Of a stretch of 64,000 nt of DNA, positions 26,878-36,187 are shown one piece after another. Position numbers and translations under genes: made by a program. Below the pieces are notes generated by a model. It was given only the letters and a program-made list of their open reading frames with translations. It made no database searches and was not told where the DNA came from. The stretch is from Candidatus Aenigmatarchaeota archaeon. Lineage in GTDB: Archaea; Aenigmatarchaeota; Aenigmatarchaeia; QMZP01; QMZT01. Positions within the stretch are counted from its first letter, which is position 1. Each line of letters begins with the position of its first letter. The stretch spans positions 17,812 to 81,811 of the forward strand of contig JBGPQP010000005.1 of NCBI GenBank assembly GCA_041489155.1, given 5' to 3'.

Positions 26878-29800
26878 TTACGTGCTGCTTGCGTTTCCCG
26901 GGTGGGCCAGCAGGTATTTTGCCCAGCATACGTCCCTGAAGTTTATCAGCGTGTCCTTCTCGTCCCATTTGTTGAAAACGTATTCCGCTTTCGCTGAAAG
27001 CGTGTAGGTCTTTTTCGGGACTTTTATGTCCTTGAGACCATCAGGATAGAAGCAGAAACTCGCCTTCGATGGCGTACCAAGATCGAAACGCAATACGTTA
27101 TAGGTTCCTTCTGTCCCCGTCAGCTGTGCTCCCTGGCACTTTTCAGCACCTCCGAATTCACTCGGCACAGTAAGCCACACCTGCGCATAGTCTATGTGGC
27201 TGTTGGGGCCTTCCGCAGAGGAGATGTTGAAGCCAAGGTTGAACGGGTTGTTTTCCTTTATCGGCTGGTCGGCCGTCCCGAGACTGAGTTTTGCAGGTGC
27301 GCTGCTTATCTTCGAAGGCACCTGACCCCTTACCAGTTTGTTGTCGACGGAGAGCCTTTTCCACTCCTCCTCGCTTATGAAGTCTATCTGCAGGGTCGAT
27401 TCGGAATCATACGTGTAGGTAAGATTCGCGACAAAGGGTATGTATTTCTCCCTCGTTTCCGAGAGCTCCCTGTCGTTTACCGGGCATGGCAGCTTACCTA
27501 CGATGAACAAGTCCTTTACATCCTGCCTCTCTATTTCCATTTTGTCGAAATTGATAGTGTACACGAAGATTCTACCATAACCTGAGGTGAAGGTCATGGT
27601 TTTGCCGAAAAATGATTCAGGCGTGCTTATGTCTATCTGCCTCTGGACAGGGACCAAAGGAACCTTGTTGTATTCGAGTTCTATGTTATCAATGGTGGTT
27701 ACTATGTCGAGCCTTATGTTCCTCGCCTTGAAAGTTCCCTTGTTAGCAAGGTTTATCTGTATGGTGAACGGCTCTTCGGGATAGATAGACTGGACCTGGA
27801 ATTTGTCAATTTCAAGGCCAAAGGCTCCGGCTTTGCTTATATCATCCCCAACGAAATTACCCTCTGTTATCTGCCTCGCGTAGCACGTCGGGCATGACAG
27901 CAGAAGCCAGGACTGGCCGAATGTCGACTGCAGCTGGCCGAACATTTCCCCGAAGGGTTTCATCGCGTCGATAACTGTGTTGTGAACGCTGGGCCACCAC
28001 TCGCCGAAAAGCGCCCCTCCGAGCGTCTGAGAGCCCGGCCCAAGGCCAAACAATACGAGGGCTGTCGCTAGCATAAGTATGCCTGTGTAAGGTCTTGTCT
28101 CAGGCGGCGAGAAGAAGCCGCCGATAGCGGATATGAACCATATTGCATAGAAGACATAAAGCGAATCCCCGGTCAGGCCCCACTGGCCTGCCCATGCCTG
28201 GAACATCGGGAGCGGTATTAGAATTGTTCCCGTTGTGACCGCAAGGCCCCATATCATTATGCCTATGAATATTATTTTGTCAAGCATTTCCGCGGTTGTC
28301 AGCGTTCCTGCAAGGCCGACTCCCATTATCTGGGCGAGATTTTTGGTCTTGGTGGGCGTAGGTACGACTGCAAAGAAGGCCAGCGAAATGAGCGCAAGCG
28401 GGAAGGACTGGAAAATGCCGTTAAATATCATGAAGGGTATGACTATGAAGCCTATGAAAAATCTTATCATGCCACCCATCACCTCGTACGGGTATTCGGG
28501 GTTGTAAGAACCCGGCAGCGAGAAATAAGAAACGAAGGCGAAGCCTATGAAGAACAGTGCAGCAAAGGGGAATGAGGTCTTGCTGAAATCCCACAGGGCC
28601 CAGCCTACGAAAAAGATGCACGCAACCTTGCACGTCAGCTTGAAAGCCGCCTGGCCCGTCTTCCAGGCGTTTCCTCCGCGCCACATGGTGCCGTATTCCC
28701 TTTCCCATGCGCTCGGGACAGGTATGGCGATGAAGCCTCCGAGGCACGCGAGGCCGACTATGAACTGCCATATGCCGGTTAGAGCTGCAATGACGATGCC
28801 AAGAACGATCATGACCAACGACATGATTATGCCGGTGGTTTTGCCTGCCCTGCGGGAATATCTGGTGAGACCTCCTAAAAGAGGATTCTCTTCCATTGCG
28901 CCAACAATCCCGGGTCGCGGAGTCCTCGTAGCCCTGCCGCTGCCATGGTCGACATCCCATCTGTCGGTCCAGTCTTTATGGAGCCTGTCTTCAAATGGTG
29001 GAGGAGGAAAATGCGCCCCAAAGGCATTGCCGGGATTTTGCGTTCTTCCCAAAAATTTCGAGGGCATGTCAACAAGGGTCAATGTAACTTCCTTTCTCTC
29101 TTCCCCCGCCCTGAATGTGACGTCCACATGCCCTACCGCATCATGCTGATTGTCTTCGTCATCATAATAAAAAACCCTTGCGTTTATCCTGTAATTGCAT
29201 GCAGGATTGCCTTGTGGCATTGGAACAAGAGAGGCAGGAACATGATCGAATATGAATTGTCCGTGGTTATCCGTTTCTCCTTGGAGAACTGCCGGCGGTG
29301 GTGCCGGCAAATTGGGTGGCGGATTGATGCTTTCCAATTGCACAAAAACATGTCCTATCGGAAGGTTTTCGTTGTTGACAACCGTAACACGAACAGTAGC
29401 TTCGTACGGACCCCCTCCAACCCCACCAGGTCCAGCCCCGCCGCCATGCACAACGGTGGTTTGTCTGACATCTATACCAATCGGTCTCACTCTTCCTTCA
29501 TCTTTTCTGCCACCCCTTCCTCTACCACCGCCACCTCCACCCCCTCTAGCGGCAGCAGTAACTCTAAAAATGAAGTTTACAGTAAATCTTTGGCCTGTTT
29601 GAATGGTAAAATATTCTTGGCCAGAATCAACTGCCGGGTATCTAGCCTTCAGCACGCCGTATTGAGGACTCTCGAACTTGGCCAGCAGTTGATATCTGCC
29701 GGGAGGCACAGGGAGATTGTCAAATGGTATCGGCTTGTTAACAAGAATTTCAGGGAGATATTTGGGCTCTTCCATCACAGCGTTTACTTCCATTGGCTTG

Positions 29801-30288
29801 CTTCTGCCTATTTGTAGATATGCCCTCGCAGAAAGATAGGCAGAAGCTCCTTCTTTTTTAGGTAAAAATTCTCCTATTCCCCTACCTTCTTTCATTCTCT
29901 CTTCAAAACTTGGAACGCCTTTGTATTTGTCTTCTTTGGACCATTGCTCAAGGAATCTGTCTATTTCCCTTACGTTGTAGCCTGCCAATCTCAAAAAGTC
30001 AACAGCACTGTTTGTATCTCCTCTTCTGAAATGATATCTAGCAGCTTTTTCGTATTCCTCTTTGCTCTGTTGCTGAGCAACTGGTTCGGGTTCTGCTGTT
30101 CTGATCCTTTTCGGTGCAGTGACCTGCGTCGCAAGCATTTTAAGGCCGGGTAATGTGGCTTCATTGCCGCATCTGGAGCAATGAAAAACCCTTTCCCTTC
30201 CGCCCCATCTGTTGCGCTCTCCCCAGCCTACTTCGTCAAGTTTTACTCTTCTGTTCTCCCTTGCGCATATGGGACAATAATCAGGCAA
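26878..30288 (-). CDS. 1136-aa mosaic membrane protein: N-terminal Zn ribbon, Gly/Pro-rich linkers, beta domains, multi-TM core, CPTC, C-terminal Ig-like region
   Basis: CPIC...CSRC; GGGGGGGRGRGG; about 10 or more hydrophobic helices; TTG start with GGGGA upstream. Confidence 0.75.
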   Translation of the reverse strand: MPDYCPICARENRRVKLDEVGWGERNRWGGRERVFHCSRCGNEATLPGLKMLATQVTAPKRIRTAEPEPVAQQQSKEEYEKAARYHFRRGDTNSAVDFLRLAGYNVREIDRFLEQWSKEDKYKGVPSFEERMKEGRGIGEFLPKKEGASAYLSARAYLQIGRSKPMEVNAVMEEPKYLPEILVNKPIPFDNLPVPPGRYQLLAKFESPQYGVLKARYPAVDSGQEYFTIQTGQRFTVNFIFRVTAAARGGGGGGGRGRGGRKDEGRVRPIGIDVRQTTVVHGGGAGPGGVGGGPYEATVRVTVVNNENLPIGHVFVQLESINPPPNLPAPPPAVLQGETDNHGQFIFDHVPASLVPMPQGNPACNYRINARVFYYDDEDNQHDAVGHVDVTFRAGEERKEVTLTLVDMPSKFLGRTQNPGNAFGAHFPPPPFEDRLHKDWTDRWDVDHGSGRATRTPRPGIVGAMEENPLLGGLTRYSRRAGKTTGIIMSLVMIVLGIVIAALTGIWQFIVGLACLGGFIAIPVPSAWEREYGTMWRGGNAWKTGQAAFKLTCKVACIFFVGWALWDFSKTSFPFAALFFIGFAFVSYFSLPGSYNPEYPYEVMGGMIRFFIGFIVIPFMIFNGIFQSFPLALISLAFFAVVPTPTKTKNLAQIMGVGLAGTLTTAEMLDKIIFIGIMIWGLAVTTGTILIPLPMFQAWAGQWGLTGDSLYVFYAIWFISAIGGFFSPPETRPYTGILMLATALVLFGLGPGSQTLGGALFGEWWPSVHNTVIDAMKPFGEMFGQLQSTFGQSWLLLSCPTCYARQITEGNFVGDDISKAGAFGLEIDKFQVQSIYPEEPFTIQINLANKGTFKARNIRLDIVTTIDNIELEYNKVPLVPVQRQIDISTPESFFGKTMTFTSGYGRIFVYTINFDKMEIERQDVKDLFIVGKLPCPVNDRELSETREKYIPFVANLTYTYDSESTLQIDFISEEEWKRLSVDNKLVRGQVPSKISSAPAKLSLGTADQPIKENNPFNLGFNISSAEGPNSHIDYAQVWLTVPSEFGGAEKCQGAQLTGTEGTYNVLRFDLGTPSKASFCFYPDGLKDIKVPKKTYTLSAKAEYVFNKWDEKDTLINFRDVCWAKYLLAHPGNASST

Positions 30289-30369
30289 ACATATCCCCCG
30301 CTGTCTAGATATTAATTAATTGGACGGCAAGGTTAAAAAATAATAGAATGGCAGAAAGCAAGGGCGAGC

Positions 30370-30804
30370 CTATTTCTTCCCGAACCACAGCTTCAGCTCG
30401 GCTTCCGCCTCTTCTCTCGTTCCCGAGGCGTGGATGAGATTGTAGATGGAACGGTGTTCCTGGTCAGCTTTCTCCCGCGAATCGTTGCCGAGGTCGCCGC
30501 GTATCGTTCCTTCGTCAGCTTTCGAAGGGTCGGTCGCGCCGACTATTTTCCTCACATGCGCTACTGCATCCTTCCCTTCGAGCACCATTGCCACCACGTG
30601 CCTGTCTGCGAGATAGTCGACGAGAAGACTGAAGAAAGGCTTGTCATTGTGCATGGCGTAATGCGTTTTCACGAACTCCTTCGTCGGCGTAGCCATCTTC
30701 ATATCAGTGACCTTCAGGCCGCCTTCCTCGAACCTCTTTATTATCTCGCCTATCAGATTTCTTTCAACGCCGTCAGGCTTTATCAGCACCAGCGTTTTTT
30801 CCAT
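30370..30804 (-). CDS. ndk: Nucleoside-diphosphate kinase
   Basis: TLVLIKPDGV, GATDP, GTIRGD, NLIHAS. Confidence 0.95.
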   Translation of the reverse strand: MEKTLVLIKPDGVERNLIGEIIKRFEEGGLKVTDMKMATPTKEFVKTHYAMHNDKPFFSLLVDYLADRHVVAMVLEGKDAVAHVRKIVGATDPSKADEGTIRGDLGNDSREKADQEHRSIYNLIHASGTREEAEAELKLWFGKK

Positions 30805-30805
30805 G

Positions 30806-31462
30806 TCATTCCCTCCGAGTTTTCGCTTTCATAAATGCGCCAAGCGCTTTCTCGACGTTTTTTGTCACTTTATCGCTGCTGCCACGGGCGTCAACGTCGA
30901 CAAGTATTCCTTTATTTCTATAATATGATATTAAAGGTTTTGTCTGCTTTTCGTAGACTTCAATACGTTTTGTCAATACCTCAGCTTTCTGGTCCTCCCT
31001 CTGGTAGAGCTCGCCTCTGCAGCTGTCGCAGACGCCGCGCTTCTTCGGCGGCGAATGCTTCAGATGGTAAATCTGCCCGCAGCCTTTGCATGTCAGCCTT
31101 CCGGCCATCCTTTCTATGAGTTCTTTTTTAGAGGCGGAGAGGTTGAGAACAAGGTCGATTTTTGTTATTTTTTCAAGGGCTTCTGCTTGCGCCAGCGTGC
31201 GGGGAAAGCCGTCGAGAACGAAGCCTTTCCTGCAGTCGCTTTCGCTGAGCCTTTTTCTTATGATTGCCATAACGATGCTGTCGGGCACAAGTTCGCCGCG
31301 CTGCATGTAACTGCTGGCATCCTGGCCGAGCTGCGTTTTCCTTTTGATTTCTTCTCTGAACATGTCGCCTGTCGAGATTTTGGGTATTGAGAATTTCGCT
31401 GACAAAATCTCGGCCTGCGTCCCCTTTCCTATCCCCGGCGGACCAAGCAAAATCAGGTTCAT
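30806..31462 (-). CDS. adk: Adenylate kinase (long, Zn-LID type)
   Basis: GPPGIGKGTQ, STGDMFR, LDGFPRT, CKGC...CDSC. Confidence 0.95.
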   Translation of the reverse strand: MNLILLGPPGIGKGTQAEILSAKFSIPKISTGDMFREEIKRKTQLGQDASSYMQRGELVPDSIVMAIIRKRLSESDCRKGFVLDGFPRTLAQAEALEKITKIDLVLNLSASKKELIERMAGRLTCKGCGQIYHLKHSPPKKRGVCDSCRGELYQREDQKAEVLTKRIEVYEKQTKPLISYYRNKGILVDVDARGSSDKVTKNVEKALGAFMKAKTRRE

Positions 31463-31476
31463 TCCATGCCTCTGCG

Positions 31477-33375
31477 CTATCCTATAAATATGGGCCTCTT
31501 GGTAAGAAGCCTGGGAAGCGGCAGCGCCTTGAAGGGCTTGCCTTCCGTCTGCTTCTTTATCATGTCTACAAACGCTTTCTGCGTATGTTTCTCGACCTTC
31601 CCTGTTTCCCTTAGTCTCACAGCAAGTTTGTTTTCAGTCAGTTCCCTTTCCCCGATAACGACGGCGAAGGGTACCCATTCAATCTCCGAGTCGCGTATTT
31701 TCTTCTGGACGCTTTCTTTTCTGTCGTCAACGTCGACCCGTATCCCTTCCTTCGCGATTTCCTCGGCTATTGCTTCCGTCTGCTTCAGGAACTTGTCTGA
31801 CACGGGGATGAACCTCGCCTGCGTTGGGCAGAGCCACAAAGGAAGGATTGGGTTCTTGCCTTTGGCCGATTCCATGTGGGCCTTTTCAAGCAAAGCATAC
31901 ATCACCCTTTCTATCGCGCCTGAAGGTGAGAGGTGAAGGATGATCGGATATTTCTTCGTGTTGTCGCTGTCCATGTACATTATGCCGTAGCGTTTAGCGT
32001 TCTCGACGTCTATCTGGTCCGTCGTCAGCGCTGCTGCTTTGTCAAGCGCATCGACGAAGTTCAGGTCGTACTTGAAAATGAAGTAGAAGAACTGCTTGCT
32101 CCACATTTCGAGCAGGACCGGCTTGCCTATTTTCTTGACAACAGTCTTCAGGAAATCTCTGTTATCATCGTAGAAATCTTTCACCACCCTGAGCGCGCCT
32201 TCCAAGTTTTCGTTCAGCGGCACGCCGACGCCATTCAGGATGTCCTTCGCCAGGTCCAGGCGCGTCAGCATCTCCCCCTTCGCCTGCTCAATATCCCTGC
32301 ACATCGCATGGCAATCAGGCATGGTGAACGCGCGAAGCCTGCGAAGTCCAGCGAGCTCGCCTCGCTGCTCCACGCGGAAAGAATAGCGCGTAAGCTCGTA
32401 CATTCTCATCGGAAGATTGCGGTAGGAAATATTCGCGTCCTTCGCCATCAGGAATTGTCCGAAACACGCTGAAAAGCGCAGGAATACGCGCTTGTTGGGC
32501 GTCTCGATTGTATACTGCCTCGCAGGGAAGCGGTTCAGATAATCCTTGAGCGCAGGATGCTCGTAATCATACATTATCGGTGTCTCGACTTCCATCCCGC
32601 CGTAACCGATTACCTTCCCGGTGACATATTCTTCCAGAAGCGATTTTATCAGCCTTCCCTTGGGAAGGAAGCGCAGGTTGCCCGGGTCGCTGCCGCTTTC
32701 GTAATCCACCAGTTCGAGCTTCCTCATCAAGCGCACGTGCGGAGGCTCTTTGTCAGCGACTCTCGATTTCGCCATCTCGTAACGGGCGAATTTCTCCAAG
32801 TTATTGTGTTTCGAAAAATCGAAGCCTTTCACATTCCCTTCTTCTATGCTGAGCTTGTGCAGCTTCCCTTCTATGTCAAGCACATACCAATCCGAAGCGA
32901 GCGTCTTCTCCTTCTCGAGCGCCTTTGAAACCTCGGCCTTCGCTTCCACCACGTCGTCTGCGACTATCTCCCTTGAAAGCTCGGAAAGCGGGTGGCCCTT
33001 TACGGCGATGGTGAATCTTTTGTAATAGCCGAAAGGCGCGCGGTGAACGCTGTACTTCATTCCCTTGAGCTGGGTTTCAACTCCTTTCAGAACAGTCAGG
33101 GCGGCGGACGGCGATGAAGGCGTTTTGCTCAGATGAACATAAGGGTAAACGACGATGTTATTTGCTTTCACTTCTTTCGCTACTTTGTCTATCTCCTCCG
33201 AAGTCTTGTCTATTATGGTCTTTTCCTTGCCTTCGTCATTTTTCTCCACCGCGGAAAAAACCACCAGCACGTCCTTTACGCTGCTTACTTTCTTTTCGAT
33301 TTCCTCCGCGTTTTTAATCGCTTTTTCTTTCGGTTCCCATTCTATGAAATCCGAATGCAACAACAGGATTTTCAT
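31477..33375 (-). CDS. thrS: Threonine--tRNA ligase, archaeal type with N-terminal editing domain
   Basis: YPYVHLS, RAPFGYYK, GHPLSELSR, RFSACFGQF, RAFTMPDCH, HLSPSGAIER; SD-like AAGGTGGTGG upstream. Confidence 0.95.
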   Translation of the reverse strand: MKILLLHSDFIEWEPKEKAIKNAEEIEKKVSSVKDVLVVFSAVEKNDEGKEKTIIDKTSEEIDKVAKEVKANNIVVYPYVHLSKTPSSPSAALTVLKGVETQLKGMKYSVHRAPFGYYKRFTIAVKGHPLSELSREIVADDVVEAKAEVSKALEKEKTLASDWYVLDIEGKLHKLSIEEGNVKGFDFSKHNNLEKFARYEMAKSRVADKEPPHVRLMRKLELVDYESGSDPGNLRFLPKGRLIKSLLEEYVTGKVIGYGGMEVETPIMYDYEHPALKDYLNRFPARQYTIETPNKRVFLRFSACFGQFLMAKDANISYRNLPMRMYELTRYSFRVEQRGELAGLRRLRAFTMPDCHAMCRDIEQAKGEMLTRLDLAKDILNGVGVPLNENLEGALRVVKDFYDDNRDFLKTVVKKIGKPVLLEMWSKQFFYFIFKYDLNFVDALDKAAALTTDQIDVENAKRYGIMYMDSDNTKKYPIILHLSPSGAIERVMYALLEKAHMESAKGKNPILPLWLCPTQARFIPVSDKFLKQTEAIAEEIAKEGIRVDVDDRKESVQKKIRDSEIEWVPFAVVIGERELTENKLAVRLRETGKVEKHTQKAFVDMIKKQTEGKPFKALPLPRLLTKRPIFIG

Positions 33376-33529
33376 CCGCCACCACCTTTACCTTTATTTT
33401 TTTGTTTTAGCCGTTAATTAAACTCCCGGCTGGCCGAGAACCGAAAGAATCAGTCCGGCCGCAGACCAAGAACTAACACGTCGTAGTGGTTGTCGTAGTT
33501 GTTTTAGTCGTGGTCTTGCCGGAGTTCAT
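33376..33529 (-). promoter_or_regulatory. Structured thrS 5' leader, attenuator-like
   Basis: Mutually exclusive complementary segments overlapping the uORF (see findings). Confidence 0.65.
33473..33529 (-). CDS. Thr-rich leader peptide (uORF) MNSGKTTTKTTTTTTTTC upstream of thrS
   Basis: ATG 33529 to TAG 33473; 11 of 18 codons are ACN using all four Thr codons; TATA-like TTTAAAA about 25 nt upstream. Confidence 0.8.
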   Translation of the reverse strand: MNSGKTTTKTTTTTTTTC

Positions 33530-33552
33530 GAAAATAATTTGGTCGTCAGATT

Positions 33553-34398
33553 TTAAAAACCTTTCAGAAACGAGTAAACACATTCCGGCAGTCTTTCGCT
33601 GTAGCCGCCCTCGAGAATCGCGAAGCGTGGCTTGTTGAGATCGGCTATCATCTTTGAGATTTTCGAATACGTGTCGACCTCGAGCTTCAGCCCCGCCAGC
33701 GGATCGCCTTCGAATGTGTCGAAACCTGCTGACACCGCTATCATATCCGGCTTGAACTTTTTTATTATCTCGAGCGCGACCTCGAGCTTCTGGAGGTACA
33801 GCCTTTCGTCCGTTCCGCTGTCGAGCGGGAAGTTGTGGCAGTTCGCTTCAGAATGCTTGCCCGTTCCGGGGTAGAAATTGCCGTACTGATGCAGGGAAAC
33901 GTAAATCACGTTTTTCCTGCCAAGGAAAATGTCCTGCGTGCCGTTGCCGTGATGCACGTCGATGTCGAGGATTGCAACCTTTGCTTCCCTTCGCAGCGCC
34001 TTCACAACAGCGATGGCGATGTTGTTGAAATAGCAGAAGCCTTCGAACTTCGCTCTGCCTGCATGATGGCCGGGTGGCCGCATTAGAGAGAAGGCTTTGT
34101 CTTCCTCGAGGGCGATGAACATCGCCCTTACCGCCGCGCCCGCGGATAGCCTTGCATGGTTGTATATGCTTGGCAGCGCAGGCGTTTCGGGGTTAACGAA
34201 ATTCCCCCGTTTTATGGTGTCTATCAGTTTTGGTGTATGGACGAGGAGCAGATCCTGTCTCGTGCAGGGTTCTGGCTTTACGAATTCGAAGTTCCCGGTT
34301 TTTCCCAGAAGCTCGTACGTCCTTCGTACCCGTTCGCTCGATTCGGGATGGCCTTGCATGTCGTAATTCAGGCATTCAGGCGAAAAAACAACCTTCAT
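33553..34398 (-). CDS. Histone deacetylase / AcuC family Zn-dependent deacetylase
   Basis: HPES, RPPGHHA, GFCYFNN, DIDVHHGNGTQ, SAGFD, LEGGY. Confidence 0.95.
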   Translation of the reverse strand: MKVVFSPECLNYDMQGHPESSERVRRTYELLGKTGNFEFVKPEPCTRQDLLLVHTPKLIDTIKRGNFVNPETPALPSIYNHARLSAGAAVRAMFIALEEDKAFSLMRPPGHHAGRAKFEGFCYFNNIAIAVVKALRREAKVAILDIDVHHGNGTQDIFLGRKNVIYVSLHQYGNFYPGTGKHSEANCHNFPLDSGTDERLYLQKLEVALEIIKKFKPDMIAVSAGFDTFEGDPLAGLKLEVDTYSKISKMIADLNKPRFAILEGGYSERLPECVYSFLKGF

Positions 34399-34454
34399 TA
34401 GTATAGATTGTTTTGCATGCCAAATAATTTAACCCCTTCCATTAATCTATAGCT

Positions 34455-35768
34455 ATGATGGATCTAAGGAAGGTTTACGAATACTACTCCAGAGAGGACA
34501 TACAGAATTTCCTCCTGGAATTCGGCAAAGACAGGGAGGTTGTCGGCGTCTTCAGGAATGGCAATTTTTCACAGAGGCCGAACGTCTTGCTGTACCAGAA
34601 AGACATAACCGCCATGGTGAAGACCGGCGTAATAGAATTCCACGGCTCTCTCGAACGCTGGTCACAGCCAATGAGCCTCAGGTCTGATAATTATGAGCAG
34701 CTGAGGAAGGGATGGGATCTGATATTCGATCTGGACTGTAAGCTGTTCGAACACGGCAAGATTGCCGCCGAAGCTTTCATATGGGGCCTGAAAAAGCATG
34801 ACATACGGAGCGTGTCTGTCAAATTCACGGGAGGGACAGGGTTTCACATAGGCGTGCCATGGGAAGCGATTCCGAAGACCGTTGATTACAAACCCAGCGT
34901 GAGCCTCTATCCAGAGCTCGCGAGAAAGATTGTAATGTACCTCAGGGACTTTGTTTTCGAAAGACTGGAAAGAAATCTTTTCAAAAAATTCACAGCCGAG
35001 GAGATATCCGGCCAGATAAACAAGCCGCTAGGTAAAATTCTGACCGATGACGGCATGAACGTTTACGAGGTCGTTGATGTCGACCCGGTTCTCATTTCAC
35101 CTAGGCACCTTTTCCGCCTACCATATTCGCTGAATGGAAAGTCGTTCCTGGCGTCGCTTCCCGTCAAGCCGGAAAGGCTTGAAGGCTTTGAAAAAATGCA
35201 GGCAAGACCAGACACAGTTAAGGTGGAGAACAAGTACCTTGAGCCCGGCGAAGACGGAGAAGCAGAGTTGCTTATAGCAGAAACCATAGACTGGTTCATG
35301 AGGGCCAAGAAAAAAATTGAAGAGAGGAGCGAAAGGAGGCTGGAAATAACAAGACCCATCCCGGTCGAAAGCTTCCCGCCATGCATAAAAAACATAATGA
35401 ACGGTCTTTCTGACGGAAGAAAGAGGTCGATATTCATTCTTTTGAACTTCCTCCGCTCGTCCAAATGGACATGGGACGAAATCGAAAAATTCCTCATAGA
35501 ATGGAACTCGAAAAACAAACCCCCGCTGCGCGAGAGCTACATCCGCTCGCATCTGAGGTGGCACAGAGCAAGGAACAAGGAAGTTCTTCCGCCGAACTGC
35601 GCGAACGAGGGATGGTACAAGAATTTCGGCGTCTGTAAGCCCGATGAAAAATGCTCGAAGATAAAGAACCCGGTGAATTACGCCATAAGATCGATGACTG
35701 CCGCCAGGCAGGCGAAAGCACCGGCAGCGGGAAGAAAAAACTACAGGACAGCGAAGAAGGGGAAATAG
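34455..35768 (+). CDS. priSL: DNA primase, fused PriS catalytic domain and PriL C-terminal Fe-S domain
   Basis: WDLIFDLD, KFTGGTGFHI, RHLFRLPYSLN, then PPCIKNI...PPNC...C....C..IKNP. Confidence 0.9.
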   Translation: MMDLRKVYEYYSREDIQNFLLEFGKDREVVGVFRNGNFSQRPNVLLYQKDITAMVKTGVIEFHGSLERWSQPMSLRSDNYEQLRKGWDLIFDLDCKLFEHGKIAAEAFIWGLKKHDIRSVSVKFTGGTGFHIGVPWEAIPKTVDYKPSVSLYPELARKIVMYLRDFVFERLERNLFKKFTAEEISGQINKPLGKILTDDGMNVYEVVDVDPVLISPRHLFRLPYSLNGKSFLASLPVKPERLEGFEKMQARPDTVKVENKYLEPGEDGEAELLIAETIDWFMRAKKKIEERSERRLEITRPIPVESFPPCIKNIMNGLSDGRKRSIFILLNFLRSSKWTWDEIEKFLIEWNSKNKPPLRESYIRSHLRWHRARNKEVLPPNCANEGWYKNFGVCKPDEKCSKIKNPVNYAIRSMTAARQAKAPAAGRKNYRTAKKGK

Positions 35769-35773
35769 CGAAA

Positions 35774-35947
35774 TTACATGTAGAAACTAGGCCAGCAGAA
35801 TTTCCAGTCAATGCATTCCTTGAAGGTGCCGCCATTCGAAACGGTGCAGCAGTTCTTGCATAAGTGCTTTTGGGTATTCCGGCACAAAGCTATATCTCCG
35901 TTGTTGCTGCTTCTTTCGCATTTGTGGCACACGCGTTTTTCTTCCAT
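35774..35947 (-). CDS. 57-aa Cys-rich microprotein (8 Cys)
   Basis: MEEKRVCHKC...LCRNTQKHLCKNCC...ECIDWKFCWPSFYM; fills an intergenic gap; below the ORF-track cutoff. Confidence 0.65.
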   Translation of the reverse strand: MEEKRVCHKCERSSNNGDIALCRNTQKHLCKNCCTVSNGGTFKECIDWKFCWPSFYM

Positions 35948-36026
35948 GCGTTGACCCTAAGTTTAAAATTATACTTGAATCAGGGGTATAAATAGTTATG
36001 TTTTGCGATAAAATTTGCGCATGCAA

Positions 36027-36143
36027 TTACTTTTTCAGCTTCTCCAGCCTGACAGAGCCGCATTTCGGACAAACTTTCGTGACCGGCTCCATTATGATGG
36101 GTTTCCCTTCCCATCTGCACTGCAGACACCTGAATTTGGCCAT
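36027..36143 (-). CDS. 38-aa zinc-ribbon microprotein
   Basis: MAKFRCLQCRWEGKPIIMEPVTKVCPKCGSVRLEKLKK; CxxC...CPxCG; TTTAAA about 25 nt upstream. Confidence 0.7.
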   Translation of the reverse strand: MAKFRCLQCRWEGKPIIMEPVTKVCPKCGSVRLEKLKK

Positions 36144-36187
36144 GATTGTTATTCCTGCGCTGAATTTAAATTGTTTGGTACCTGCGC

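Noticed and set aside
33476..33515. Thr-codon tract read as a microsatellite or CRISPR remnant
   Set aside because: Third positions vary while AC is fixed in one frame between ATG and TAG, which indicates coding selection; there is no repeat-spacer structure
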